From: an uncultured Alphaproteobacteria bacterium
Lineage (GTDB): Bacteria > Pseudomonadota > Alphaproteobacteria > Rhizobiales > Xanthobacteraceae
Direction: 5' to 3'
Length of the DNA: 64,000 bases
Assembly (NCBI GenBank): GCA_963739825.1
Contig: CAVUBU010000003.1
Span: 12,861-76,860, forward strand
Position numbers and translations under genes: made by a program. The notes beneath the pieces are model-generated. The model did no database searches and was not told the DNA's origin. It worked only from the letters and a program-made list of their open reading frames with translations. Of the stretch, positions 36,570 to 50,154 are shown one piece after another (the stretch's first letter is position 1; the number at the start of each line of letters is the position of its first letter).

Positions 36570-37751
36570 ATGAACCGCAAACGAATTCTCATTTCCGGCG
36601 GCGGCATCGCCGGCCTCACCTGCGCCATCGAGCTCAAGCGCCGCGGCTTCCAGCCGCTGATCATCGAGCGCGAGGCGGGCCTTCGCACCGAAGGCTATAT
36701 GATGGATTTCTTCGGCACCGGCTGGGACGTGGCCCAACGCATGGGCTTGATCGAGCGCCTGCGCACGGTCCGCTATCCGATCGACGCCTTGGAATTCGTC
36801 GATGCCGACAGCAGCGCTTACGTGCACATGCCGATCGAGCGGATGCGGCGCGCGCTTGGCAATAAATATGTCTATCTGCGACGGCAAGACCTCGAGGCCA
36901 TTCTGGCCGACCGCGCACACGAAATCGGCGTTGAAATCCGCTATGCCACCTCGCTCGCCGCGCTCGAGGACCGCGGCGATTACGTCCATGCGCAATACGA
37001 CAGCGGCGGTGAGGACGACTTCGCGCTGGCGATCGGCGCCGACGGCGTACATTCGCGCGTGCGCGAACTTGGCTTCGGTCCCGAGCGGCAATTCGAGAAG
37101 TTCCTCGGTCTCTATGTGGCGGCCTTCCACATCGCGCGCGGTAATTTGCCGTTCGACCGCATGGTCAAGCTCTATCAAGAAACCGACCGCATGATGTTCC
37201 TTTATCCGCTCGACGAAAAGCGGCTCGATACGACTTATGTTTTCCGCCATACCGAGCTGCACGTGGAAAAAGACCGGCGGTTCGTTTTCCTGCGCGAGCA
37301 GATGCGCGGGGCCGGCTGGCTGATGGAGGAGGCTTTGCGCGCCAAAGCCTCCGAAGCGCCGATATTTTTCGACAGCGCGACGCAAATCGTCATGCCGCAA
37401 TGGCACAAAGGCCGCCTCGCGCTGATCGGCGATGCCTGCGGCTGTCTCACTTTACTCGCCGGGCAAGGCTCGCATATGGCGATGGCGGGCGGCTATGTGC
37501 TGGCGCAGGAACTGGCCCACCAGGCCGATCACGCGGCGGCCTTTGCCGCCTATCAGGCGTTCCTCAAGCCGCCGGTCGACAAGAAGCAGACGGACGCCGC
37601 GCGTTTTGCCGGCCTGTTCGTGCCCGCGCGGCGTTCGCATCCCTGGCTGCGACGCCTGATCATCCGCGCGCTGTTCAGCCGCGCGCTCATAGGGCCGGGA
37701 CTTAAGTTCTTCGGCGCCAACAGCAGTCTCGCCGGCCGCAATTCAGATTGA
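36570..37751 (+). CDS. FAD-dependent monooxygenase/oxidoreductase
   Basis: ILISGGGIAG, IGADGVHSRVR, LIGDACGC..LAGQG. Confidence 0.9.
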   Translation: MNRKRILISGGGIAGLTCAIELKRRGFQPLIIEREAGLRTEGYMMDFFGTGWDVAQRMGLIERLRTVRYPIDALEFVDADSSAYVHMPIERMRRALGNKYVYLRRQDLEAILADRAHEIGVEIRYATSLAALEDRGDYVHAQYDSGGEDDFALAIGADGVHSRVRELGFGPERQFEKFLGLYVAAFHIARGNLPFDRMVKLYQETDRMMFLYPLDEKRLDTTYVFRHTELHVEKDRRFVFLREQMRGAGWLMEEALRAKASEAPIFFDSATQIVMPQWHKGRLALIGDACGCLTLLAGQGSHMAMAGGYVLAQELAHQADHAAAFAAYQAFLKPPVDKKQTDAARFAGLFVPARRSHPWLRRLIIRALFSRALIGPGLKFFGANSSLAGRNSD

Positions 37752-37779
37752 TTGAACCGAAAGCTCGGCAGCAACGCGT

Positions 37780-39519
37780 TCAAGCCGCATCGATTGTTCG
37801 GCCCGTAGCTTGGGTAAAGAACCTCATGATGTCCTTGGCCGGTCGGGCGTGACTGAACAGAAAGCCCTGCATCTCGGTGCAACCGATTGCCTGCAATGTT
37901 TCCAGTTGCTGTTGTGTTTCGACGCCTTCCGCGGTCGAAATCATATTCAGGCAGTTGGCCAGGCCGGCGACAGCGTGCACGATGGCGAGCGGCTCCGCAC
38001 CGTTCGCGAGGTCTTGAATGAACGACCTGTCGATCTTGATCTTATCGAACGGGAAGCTACGCAGGTAACTGAGCGACGAGTACCCGGTGCCGAAATCATC
38101 CATGGCAATCTGAACGCCCAATTTTCGCAATTCGTGCAGCGTTGCCAAAGTCGAAAATGTATTCTGCATTAAAACCAACTCGGTAATCTCGAGCTGCAGC
38201 TTGCGCGCCGGCATGCTGGCTTCGTCCAGGGCCTCCAACACCACCTTCACCAAATTCCGGTTGTTCAACTGGGACGGCGAAAGATTGACGGCGACCTTGA
38301 CGTGATCCGGCCAATTAGCCGTTTCCCGGCAGGCGGTTTTTAGGACCCATTCGCCGAGCGGGATAATAAGGCCGGTCTCTTCCGCAATCGGGATGAACTC
38401 GACGGGTGAAATCAGCCCGCGCGTAGGATGGTGCCAGCGCAAGAGCGCTTCGAATGCGCTGATTTCATTGGTTTGCAGCGTCACAAGCGGCTGGTAGTAC
38501 AATTCAAACTCTTTGTTATGGAGCGCCTTGCGCAGGTCCATTTCCAGCTCACGCCGCGCCTTCATGCGCGTATTCATGTCCGCCTCGAAAAATCTGTAGG
38601 TCCCGCGCCCGTCTGCCTTGGCGCCGTAGAGCGCCATATCGGCGTTCTTCATAAGAACGTCCGGTTCCAATCCATCGACCGGCGCTATTGAGATGCCGAT
38701 GCTGATGTCGGTAATGATTTGATGACCGTCGACCTGATACGGCCTGACAATCGATTCGCGAACGCGGCGCGAAAGATTGGCGGCATCCGTCGGCTCTTTC
38801 ATCTGCGTCATGATGATCGCGAACTCATCGCCGCCGAGGCGCGCAATGGTGTCGGGTTCGCGGGTACAACCGCGCAACCTGTCGGCGACCAATTTCAGCA
38901 GTTCATCGCCGATGGGATGCCCGAGCGTGTCGTTGACGCTCTTGAACTGATCCAGGTCCAAACACAACACCGCAAGGCATTCGCCGCGTTTGACGCGTTT
39001 GAGTTCGTGCTGCAATCGCTCGCGCAACATGACGCGATTAGGCAGATCGGTCAGCGCGTCGTGACGCGCCATATGGGTAACTTGCTCGTCCGCGCGCTGG
39101 CGCTCCGTGATGTCTTCATGCGTAGCCAACCAACCGCCATCGGAGGTTGGCTTGTTCGCGATCGATATGATGCGGCCGTCGTTCAGCCTGATTGTATCGC
39201 TGAAGGATTTCCCTTCCCGGACATTTTCCAGGAGGCGGACGACATAGTCGTCGAGGTCGCCGCTAAATGTTCCGGCAGCGGCGCGGTAATTGAGCAGATC
39301 GCGCAGAGTATGACCCGGCCTGGAAGCCTCCGGCGGCAGCGCGTACATGGCGATGTAGCGATTGTTGCAGACGAGCAATCGCGAGTCCGCATCGAACAGC
39401 AACACGCCATGCGACATATTATCTAAAATCGTATTCAACAATCGATCGTTGTTTTTCCATGGAGCGTGCGGAAACGGTAAAATACTATTGTCTGATGACT
39501 GCGACCCCCGCGAATCCAT
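37780..39519 (-). CDS. PAS-GGDEF-EAL diguanylate cyclase/phosphodiesterase
   Basis: PAS-like N-terminus, RLGGDEF, FEALLRW, DDFGTGYSSL, KIKIDRSF. Confidence 0.96.
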   Translation of the reverse strand: MDSRGSQSSDNSILPFPHAPWKNNDRLLNTILDNMSHGVLLFDADSRLLVCNNRYIAMYALPPEASRPGHTLRDLLNYRAAAGTFSGDLDDYVVRLLENVREGKSFSDTIRLNDGRIISIANKPTSDGGWLATHEDITERQRADEQVTHMARHDALTDLPNRVMLRERLQHELKRVKRGECLAVLCLDLDQFKSVNDTLGHPIGDELLKLVADRLRGCTREPDTIARLGGDEFAIIMTQMKEPTDAANLSRRVRESIVRPYQVDGHQIITDISIGISIAPVDGLEPDVLMKNADMALYGAKADGRGTYRFFEADMNTRMKARRELEMDLRKALHNKEFELYYQPLVTLQTNEISAFEALLRWHHPTRGLISPVEFIPIAEETGLIIPLGEWVLKTACRETANWPDHVKVAVNLSPSQLNNRNLVKVVLEALDEASMPARKLQLEITELVLMQNTFSTLATLHELRKLGVQIAMDDFGTGYSSLSYLRSFPFDKIKIDRSFIQDLANGAEPLAIVHAVAGLANCLNMISTAEGVETQQQLETLQAIGCTEMQGFLFSHARPAKDIMRFFTQATGRTIDAA

Positions 39520-39686
39520 GACGGCACTCCCTGGTGTCGGTATCTGTACACCCCCATTTTTATGGACGATTCATTTGCAACTTTTGAATTGGCCGCGGGC
39601 GGATTGATTTAAAATTGATCGAGCCGGCTTTAAATCAAAATGTAATTCGATCGCCTATTAATGGCGACTGGCGGCGAAGAAACGGC

Positions 39687-41027
39687 TCAATACAAACTCG
39701 TGCGGCTTTCCACCGGATAGACTTGGCTGCGCGCCGGACTTGCCGGTGCGGCAATCGAGCCGGCCGCGGCGTCGTTTTTCTCGTCCGCGACATACCCATC
39801 CTGGCCCGCAATCGCGAGCGGCGGATTGCCGCTCGCAGCCTTCGTTGGCACCGAGCCGGTATAGGCCGGCGCGCCGTGCTTGGCGGCATAGATCGCGCGC
39901 GCCTTGGCCGCCACCTGTTCGCCTGGGATCGCATCCGGCCGGCAGGGGTGGTGGCCGCTCGCGCGCCGCATCAGGTCGACATGGATGTGGTCGTAGTGAG
40001 CGGCGTTGTAGCCGGGCGCCAGCACCGTGTTGAAGGTCTCGCAAGCATAGAGTTGCACGTCGTGCAGGAAGCCCTGCTCTTCCGGCGTGCCGTGCCAGCC
40101 GTTCTTGACCGTGATCTTGCGGCCGTCGGCGAAGGTGAAGGCGGCGATGTCGAGCGCATTGCCAAAGGCGTGTTCGGAAATCGTCGAGGTTCCCGAGCCG
40201 ACCATTTCGCGGCACGAGTAAGCCGAGATCTGCTTGATCTCGCTGACCGGCGTGCCGAACCAGTGTAAGGCCGCCGGTTGCACGCCTTCGCTGACCCAGC
40301 GGTCGAGCGCGGAGACCAATGGACAGGCGAGCGTCGCTGGCGGCGTCACCGTTGCCGGCATGATCGCCGCGGTCGTGTTCGGACCGCGCATCGGTCCGAG
40401 CGGCGGCAGGGCGCGCTGCGGCGGCGACCGATAGACCGGCGCGTTATAGGCTGGCTGCGCGCGCGGATAAGCCGGCGCGGCGCGGCCGGGCGGCAGCACG
40501 GCGTCGTCGGGAATATCGTTGGGCTGCGCCACGCCTGGCGCATAGATCGACATCGGGCGGCCGGCCGGTGCGGCGGTGTCGGGCCGCTCGATGCCCGGCG
40601 ATCCCGGCACCCAGCGCATGTTGCCGCCTTGCATGGGTATGCTCTGCACCGGCGCGACTTCAACCGGCCGCACCGGCGCTGGCGGCCGATAACGCGGCTC
40701 GTCCAGCGGCCAGCGCGGCTGCGCGGCGGGGGCATTGGGGATTGCGGCCGGCGGACGCAGATCGTCGCCATAGCTCATGGCGGAGCTCTCACCCAACACC
40801 GCCACCTTGAGCGGGAAATCGGCGCCGCACATGCCGGGCCCTTCGATCGGCTGCATCTTTTCGACGCCGGCGCCGATCTTGACCGCGCCCGACTTCATGC
40901 AGGTAACCTCGGCGTCGTGCCGCCAGGCTGCGCGCTCCTCGCCAAAATGCAGGAAACTGCGCCCGCAGCCGGCGAGCGCCAGCAACCCCAGCGCACCAGC
41001 CAAATAGAAGGGAACCCCACGTTTCAT
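39687..41027 (-). CDS. Extensin-like family lipoprotein
   Basis: Lipobox LAGC, Pro-rich middle, SAYSCR, SEHAFGNALDI, HYDHIHVDL. Confidence 0.88.
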   Translation of the reverse strand: MKRGVPFYLAGALGLLALAGCGRSFLHFGEERAAWRHDAEVTCMKSGAVKIGAGVEKMQPIEGPGMCGADFPLKVAVLGESSAMSYGDDLRPPAAIPNAPAAQPRWPLDEPRYRPPAPVRPVEVAPVQSIPMQGGNMRWVPGSPGIERPDTAAPAGRPMSIYAPGVAQPNDIPDDAVLPPGRAAPAYPRAQPAYNAPVYRSPPQRALPPLGPMRGPNTTAAIMPATVTPPATLACPLVSALDRWVSEGVQPAALHWFGTPVSEIKQISAYSCREMVGSGTSTISEHAFGNALDIAAFTFADGRKITVKNGWHGTPEEQGFLHDVQLYACETFNTVLAPGYNAAHYDHIHVDLMRRASGHHPCRPDAIPGEQVAAKARAIYAAKHGAPAYTGSVPTKAASGNPPLAIAGQDGYVADEKNDAAAGSIAAPASPARSQVYPVESRTSLY

Positions 41028-41401
41028 ACCCGCGAAAATGCGGGCAGGTCCTTTAACGAGACTTCAATGCTGATGGCACGCGAATTCGTTAAGGATAAGG
41101 ATTGGTTGCCGTCGCTGCCGCGGCCGAACAGGCAGGCTTGGGCATTTCGCCCTAATGGGAACACCCGGAAAGCGCCGCGCCCGTCGCGAATTTGTCATTG
41201 AGGTCCACCTGCCCACAAATGATGCACCGGCTTATTGCTCTGCACACCGTTGTTTTATGGCGCACGATCAAGAGCTTGCCGCAACCATTCCGGCCGCGCA
41301 TGGCGGCGGGCACAAATTTAACCGGGCCGGCTTGCAACCCGCTTCAGGGTCATGGCGTTCTCTGCTAAACTTGGACCACATCAACAAGGGAGGCACCTGC
41401 C

Positions 41402-41485
41402 GTGGACCTTGCCTTGAGATTCGAAGTGCTCGCTGTATGCGCCGTGTTCGTTTTCGTCGGTGCGGTTTTACTGGGGGCATTCTGA
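41402..41485 (+). CDS. Putative 27-aa single-TM small protein MDLALRFEVLAVCAVFVFVGAVLLGAF
   Basis: AAGGGAGG RBS 8 nt before GTG, 19-residue hydrophobic stretch, downstream hairpins; below the ORF-track size cutoff. Confidence 0.6.
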   Translation: MDLALRFEVLAVCAVFVFVGAVLLGAF

Positions 41486-41547
41486 GTTCAAGCGGCCGAC
41501 GACGACGCCAAACCAAGAATTGCCGGTGTGAAACCGGCCAATAGTCT

Positions 41548-41583
41548 AAACACCGGAGAGCACCCCTCTCCGGTGTTTTGTTT
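41548..41583. terminator. Bidirectional intrinsic terminator
   Basis: aaacaccggagag-caccc-ctctccggtgttt with a T-run on the + side, 18 nt from the metH stop. Confidence 0.8.
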
Positions 41584-41600
41584 ATTGCATAGGCCGTGAC

Positions 41601-45322
<3,722 letters not shown>

Positions 45323-45323
<1 letters not shown>

Positions 45324-46234
45324 CACGCCGCCTCCTGCGTCGCCGGCCGCAAGCCGAGCAAATGGCAGATGGCGTAGACCAAGTCGGCACGGTTCATGGT
45401 GTAGAAGTGAAACGTGGTGACGCCGCGGTCGAACAGGTCGATCACCTGCTCGGCGGCGACCGCGGCGGCGATCAGCTTGCGGGTGGTCGGGTCGTTGTCG
45501 AGGCCCTGGAAACGTTCCGCCAGCCACACCGGCACCGAAGCACCGGCGCGCGCGGCAAAATTGGTCGCCGCCTTGAAGTTCTGTACCGGCAGGATGCCCG
45601 GCACGATCGGGATATCGATGCCGCGCGCGCGCACCCGGTCGAGATAACGGAAATAGAGATCGTTCTCGAAGAAGAACTGCGTGATGGCGCGCGACGCCCC
45701 GGCGTCGACCTTGGCCTTCAACATATCGATATCGGCCTCTGCCGTCGGGCTGTCGGGATGTTTTTCCGGATAGGCCGACACCGATATCTCGAAATCGCGG
45801 TTGATACGTTTGATGCCGCCGACCAGATCGGCCGCGTTCTGATAGCCGCCCGGGTGCGGCGCATATTTGCTGCCCGGCCCGCCAACGGAATCGCCGCGCA
45901 GCGCCACGATGTGACGCACGCCAGCCGCGCCGTAGCTGCACACGATGGCGTCGACCTCCGCGCGCGTGGCCGCGATGCAGGTCAAGTGCGCAGCCGGAAC
46001 CAGTGCCGTTTCGGCCAGAATGCGGCGGACCGTCGCGTGCGTGCGCTCGCGCGTGGCGCCGCCGGCACCATAAGTGACGGAGACGAATTGCGGGCTGAGC
46101 GGTTTCAGCCGTTCGACCGACTCCCACAGGGTCTTCTCCATCTCCTCGGTGGAGGGTGGAAAAAACTCGAACGAAACCGCGATACGGCGATGGCCGGCCG
46201 GCATGAATCGGCTGAGGCGCGGGTAAACGCTCAT
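45323..46234 (-). CDS. metF: 5,10-methylenetetrahydrofolate reductase
   Basis: [38 protein letters not shown]. Confidence 0.98.
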
Positions 46235-47235
46235 CACGCCACCTCACGCTGCGCCGGTGAGGCCATCAGCGCGCGGGCGTCGCGCGCGAGCCAGAGCGAC
46301 ACCGCGATCTTGCCGTCGGAGCCCGGCTCCGGTGCCAGCGACTTGTGCAGCACCGGTTCGAGTCCGGACGCGGTCATCCATTGTGTCACCGTCTCCGATG
46401 CAAAGCCGAGCCGGCGATGGGCGAACTGCTCGCGCAGGAATTCCTGCTCGTGCGGCGCGAAATCGACCACCAGGAGGCGGCCGCCCGGCCGCAGCACCCG
46501 TGCCGCCTCTTTGATCGCGCGCGCGCCGTCGTCGAGGAAGTGCAGCACCTGGTGCACGATGACGACATCGAAGCTGTCATTGGCGAGCGGCAGATCGTAG
46601 ATGTCGCCTTGCCGCACGCTGCAATTTTTCAGGCCGGCGCGCTCGAGCCGGTCGCGCGCGAGCAGCAGCATGTCGAGCGAGAGGTCGAGGCCGAGCCCGC
46701 GCTCGATCTCGGGGCCGAATAGTTCCAGCATGCGCCCGGTGCCGGTGCCGAGATCCAAGAGCGAGCGGAATGGCTTATCCGCGAGCGCGGCGCGGATCGC
46801 CGCTTCCACCGCAGCGTCGGCCACGTGCAGCTTGCGGATGCGGTCCCATTCGGCGGCGTGCGCGCGGAAATAAGCTTGCGCTGCGGCGGCACGCGCCTGC
46901 CGCACCGAGGCGAGCCGTGCGCAGTCGCGCGCGATGGTCTGGTCGGCGGGGTCGAGCCGCTCAAGCAGCGCGCGCGCCACCTCGGCGCCGCCGCCGCGCT
47001 CGGCCAGCCGGAAGAACGCCCAGGTGCCCTCGCGGAAGCGCTCGACCAGGCCGGCCTCGGCCAGCAGCTTGAGATGGCGCGAGATGCGCGGCTGCGACTG
47101 GCGCAGGATGTCGGTCAAGTCGGAGACGGTCAGTTCGGCCTCGGAAAGCAGCGCCAGCACGCGCAGGCGCGTTTCCTCGCCCGCAGCTTTCAGGGCCGCA
47201 TTGAGGGCGTCAAAGCGAAGTTTTGCAGTGGCCAT
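46234..47235 (-). CDS. sahR: ArsR-HTH plus SAM-methyltransferase-domain regulator (SahR)
   Basis: [12 protein letters not shown] ArsR HTH fused to LDLGTGTG; heads the metF-metH operon. Confidence 0.88.
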   Translation of the reverse strand: MATAKLRFDALNAALKAAGEETRLRVLALLSEAELTVSDLTDILRQSQPRISRHLKLLAEAGLVERFREGTWAFFRLAERGGGAEVARALLERLDPADQTIARDCARLASVRQARAAAAQAYFRAHAAEWDRIRKLHVADAAVEAAIRAALADKPFRSLLDLGTGTGRMLELFGPEIERGLGLDLSLDMLLLARDRLERAGLKNCSVRQGDIYDLPLANDSFDVVIVHQVLHFLDDGARAIKEAARVLRPGGRLLVVDFAPHEQEFLREQFAHRRLGFASETVTQWMTASGLEPVLHKSLAPEPGSDGKIAVSLWLARDARALMASPAQREVA

Positions 47236-47274
47236 TGGCGTTGAACGACCGGCCCTATGGGCTGGTTCCCACTA

Positions 47275-47292
47275 TATAAAGATATCTTTATA
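47275..47292. promoter_or_regulatory. Perfect 18-bp palindrome TATAAAGATATCTTTATA, probable SahR operator
   Basis: Self-complementary; sits between divergent sahR and trmO; resembles the SahR motif I recall for alphaproteobacteria. Confidence 0.8.
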
Positions 47293-47344
47293 CGTTGAAA
47301 CGGCCCGCTGCAAGGTACAATCGCGCCGGCAAAAGGAGGCCCCG

Positions 47345-47839
47345 ATGAGCCAGGATTTCGGCGTGCGCGACGGCGAGCAAGCGGTTGATTTGCCGGCAAA
47401 AACCGAAGCCGGCCTGTATTATATCGGGCGCATCCGCACGCCCTGGAAAGAGCGCCAGGACTGCCCGAAAAACGCCCGCGAGTCCGACGCGGTCTGCACC
47501 GTCGAGCTCGATCCGCGCTGGGCCGCCGGCCTCAAAGACGTGGCGACGTGCAGCCACCTCATCGTGTTGTACTGGATGAACAAGTCGCCCAGAGACCTTG
47601 TTCTGCAAGTGCCTCGGCACTACGGAACCCCGCGCGGCACTTTTGCTCTGCGCTCGCCGGCACGCCCCAACCCGATCGCCTTGAGCGTGGTCAAGCTGCT
47701 CGGCATCGAGGGCAACAAACTGTCGGTGGTCGGGCTCGACTGTCTGGACGGCACCCCGCTGCTCGACATCAAGCCCTATTTCGCCTCAACCGACAGCGTA
47801 CCGGAAGCGACGGTCAGCTGGCACCAGCACAAAGATTGA
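47345..47839 (+). CDS. trmO: TrmO/TsaA (YaeB-like) SAM-binding tRNA methyltransferase domain protein
   Basis: IGRIRTPW, GTFALRSPARPNPIALS, LDCLDGTPLLDIKPY; AGGAGG RBS. Confidence 0.9.
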   Translation: MSQDFGVRDGEQAVDLPAKTEAGLYYIGRIRTPWKERQDCPKNARESDAVCTVELDPRWAAGLKDVATCSHLIVLYWMNKSPRDLVLQVPRHYGTPRGTFALRSPARPNPIALSVVKLLGIEGNKLSVVGLDCLDGTPLLDIKPYFASTDSVPEATVSWHQHKD

Positions 47840-47887
47840 TCGCGCGCGGGTGCCGAAGTCCGCCATTCGGCGCGCGGCATTTTCAAT

Positions 47888-49093
47888 TCAAATGCTCGCC
47901 GCCAGTTCGGGGATGTCGCGCAGCGGCGCGCCGATGGCCCGCATGAGCGGCAATGGATCGGGCTTAAGGCCCAAGCGCGGCGGATCTTCCAGGTAGGCCC
48001 CGACAAAGCGCGCGCGCGCAACCAAGGCCGACCCGAACGCGCGCGCCCGCGTTTCGTAATCCGCTAGCCCACGATCGATATCGCCGGGCCTCGCCGCAAG
48101 CGCATCGGCGAGCCAGGCCGCATTTAACGCCGCCTTGGTCACACCGGCGCCGACATGCGGGCGCGCGACAAAGCCGGCATCCCCTAACAGCGCCACGCGG
48201 CCGGCGACCATGCGCGGCGAATCCAGATCGAAGATCGGCTGAAAGAACGGCGCCGGCGTCGCCTCGATCAGCGCGATGAATTGCGGCGGCAGGATCGCAC
48301 GCGCTTGCGCGCGGAACGCGGCGATCACGTCGGGGCGGATCAGCGGCGGCGGAATGGCGACGTGGTGGCGCCCGCTTGCGTCGGTACAGAGATCCGGCAG
48401 CGTCTCGGTCGCATGCACCGGATGGTACCACAGCCAGTTCATCCGCCGACGGCCGGAACGGCGATCGTCGGCGGCGCCCGGCTGCAGATAGGACAGCACC
48501 ATCTCGCGCGGCGTCAGGAAAAAGACGTAAGATTCGCGCAGCTCGCGCGCGGCCGCTGGCACCGCCGGTTCCTCGATCACGCCGCGCCAGGCGACGTAGC
48601 CGGCATAGCTCGGCGCCGGTCCGACGAAGGCGCGCGCCCGCACCGTGGAATGCAGGCCGTCAGCGCCGATCAGGAGGTCGCCCGCAACTTTGGTACCATC
48701 GGCAAACACTGCGCTGACGCCATCTTCGTGTCGGGCGATATCCGTCAGCTCCATGCCCGGCCGGTAGCAGGCGTCCGGCAGAAGCCGGCGTAGCGCGCGG
48801 TAGAACAAGGCCCAGGAGCTGAGGATTTTGTCGAATGGCAGGCGCGCGATCACCGCGCCGTCGCGATCGAGGCAGATGCGCGAGGTGACGGCGACGCCAA
48901 TCGACTCGTCGACCGCGATGCCGAGTTGGCGCATGACCGCAAACAGCTCGACATGCGTGCCGATGCCGACGCCGCGGCTGGCGAGGTCGCCGGCGCTGCG
49001 TTCGAACACCGTCACGTCCCAACCGGCCTGGCGCAGCAGCAGGCCGGCGAACAACCCGCCAAGCGAGCCGCCGATGATTAATGCGCGACCCAT
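47888..49093 (-). CDS. FAD-dependent monooxygenase (aromatic/pyridine hydroxylase-like)
   Basis: IIGGSLGGL, IGADGLHS, YAGYVAWRG, LLGDAGFVARPHVGAG. Confidence 0.88.
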   Translation of the reverse strand: MGRALIIGGSLGGLFAGLLLRQAGWDVTVFERSAGDLASRGVGIGTHVELFAVMRQLGIAVDESIGVAVTSRICLDRDGAVIARLPFDKILSSWALFYRALRRLLPDACYRPGMELTDIARHEDGVSAVFADGTKVAGDLLIGADGLHSTVRARAFVGPAPSYAGYVAWRGVIEEPAVPAAARELRESYVFFLTPREMVLSYLQPGAADDRRSGRRRMNWLWYHPVHATETLPDLCTDASGRHHVAIPPPLIRPDVIAAFRAQARAILPPQFIALIEATPAPFFQPIFDLDSPRMVAGRVALLGDAGFVARPHVGAGVTKAALNAAWLADALAARPGDIDRGLADYETRARAFGSALVARARFVGAYLEDPPRLGLKPDPLPLMRAIGAPLRDIPELAASI

Positions 49094-49203
49094 TGCGATG
49101 GCTCTGGTTGTTGCGAAGCGGGTTCGCCCCAGCCTATCGGTGGCGCTAGCGCCGTGCAATTTATTGCTATACTTCGTGTCGGTTTGAACGCGGGAGCAGT
49201 TTC

Positions 49204-50130
49204 ATGCGTATTGCGGCCATGGCGGCGGGGGCGGTTGGCGGTTATTTCGGCGCGCGCTTGGCGGCCGCCGGTCACGACGTCTTCTTCATCGCGCGCGGCG
49301 CCAATCTCGCCGCCATCAAGAATAACGGCCTCAAACTCGACAGCGTGCACGGCAACCTGCATTTGCCCAAAGTCAACGTCACCGACGACCCGGCAAGCGT
49401 CGGCCCGGTCGACATCGTGCTGTTCGCGGTCAAGCTGTGGGATACCGAGCAGGCCGCCGAGCGGACCAAGCCTTTGGTCGGGCCCAATAGCCGCGTCATC
49501 ACGTTGCAGAACGGCGTCGACAGCGTCGAGCGCGTGGCGCCGATCCTCGGCCGCGAGCAGACCGTCGGCGGCGTCGCCTATATCGCCAGCGTGATCGAGG
49601 CGCCCGGCGTCATCAAACAAACCAGCAGTTTCGCCACCGTACGCTTCGGCCGCGCCGACAAACGCCCCGATGCCGTACTGCAAGCCTTCGCCGACGCCGG
49701 CAAAGCCGCCAAGCTCGACATCGATCTCTCCGCCGATATCGAGCGCGAGCGCTGGCAGAAATTCATCTTCCTCACTGCCATGGCCGGCTCGACCGCCGCC
49801 TTGCGTTCGCCGATCGGCGCGATCCGCGCCGACCCCGAACTGCGCGGCTTCTTCCGGGCACTGATGGAAGAGGCCTTTGCCGTCGGCAAGGCCAAGGGCG
49901 TCGCGCTCGATCCCGCTTTTCTCGACAGCCGCATGGATTTTCTGATGAACAAGGTCGAGCCCGGCATGAAAGCCTCGATGGCGCACGATCTCGAGCGTGG
50001 CAACCGCCTGGAACTCGACTGGCTCGCCGGCAAGGTGCGCGAACTCGGCCGCGAATTCCATATCCCGACCCCGGCAAGCGATACCGTTTACACCGTGCTC
50101 AAGCTTAACCGCATGGGATCGCCGCGCTAA
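49204..50130 (+). CDS. panE: 2-dehydropantoate 2-reductase (ketopantoate reductase family)
   Basis: AAGAVGGYFG, FAVKLWD, TLQNGV, WQKFIFL, SMAHDLERGNRLE. Confidence 0.9.
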   Translation: MRIAAMAAGAVGGYFGARLAAAGHDVFFIARGANLAAIKNNGLKLDSVHGNLHLPKVNVTDDPASVGPVDIVLFAVKLWDTEQAAERTKPLVGPNSRVITLQNGVDSVERVAPILGREQTVGGVAYIASVIEAPGVIKQTSSFATVRFGRADKRPDAVLQAFADAGKAAKLDIDLSADIERERWQKFIFLTAMAGSTAALRSPIGAIRADPELRGFFRALMEEAFAVGKAKGVALDPAFLDSRMDFLMNKVEPGMKASMAHDLERGNRLELDWLAGKVRELGREFHIPTPASDTVYTVLKLNRMGSPR

Positions 50131-50154
50131 ACCGTGCGACGCCGGACAGCGGGA

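Noticed and set aside
41074-41088. Sigma54 promoter TGGCAC-N5-TTCG
   Set aside because: The invariant -12 GC is reversed (CG).
47236-47344. SAM or cobalamin riboswitch upstream of the met operon
   Set aside because: The intergenic gap is only about 110 nt and shows no aptamer core; a protein operator explains it.
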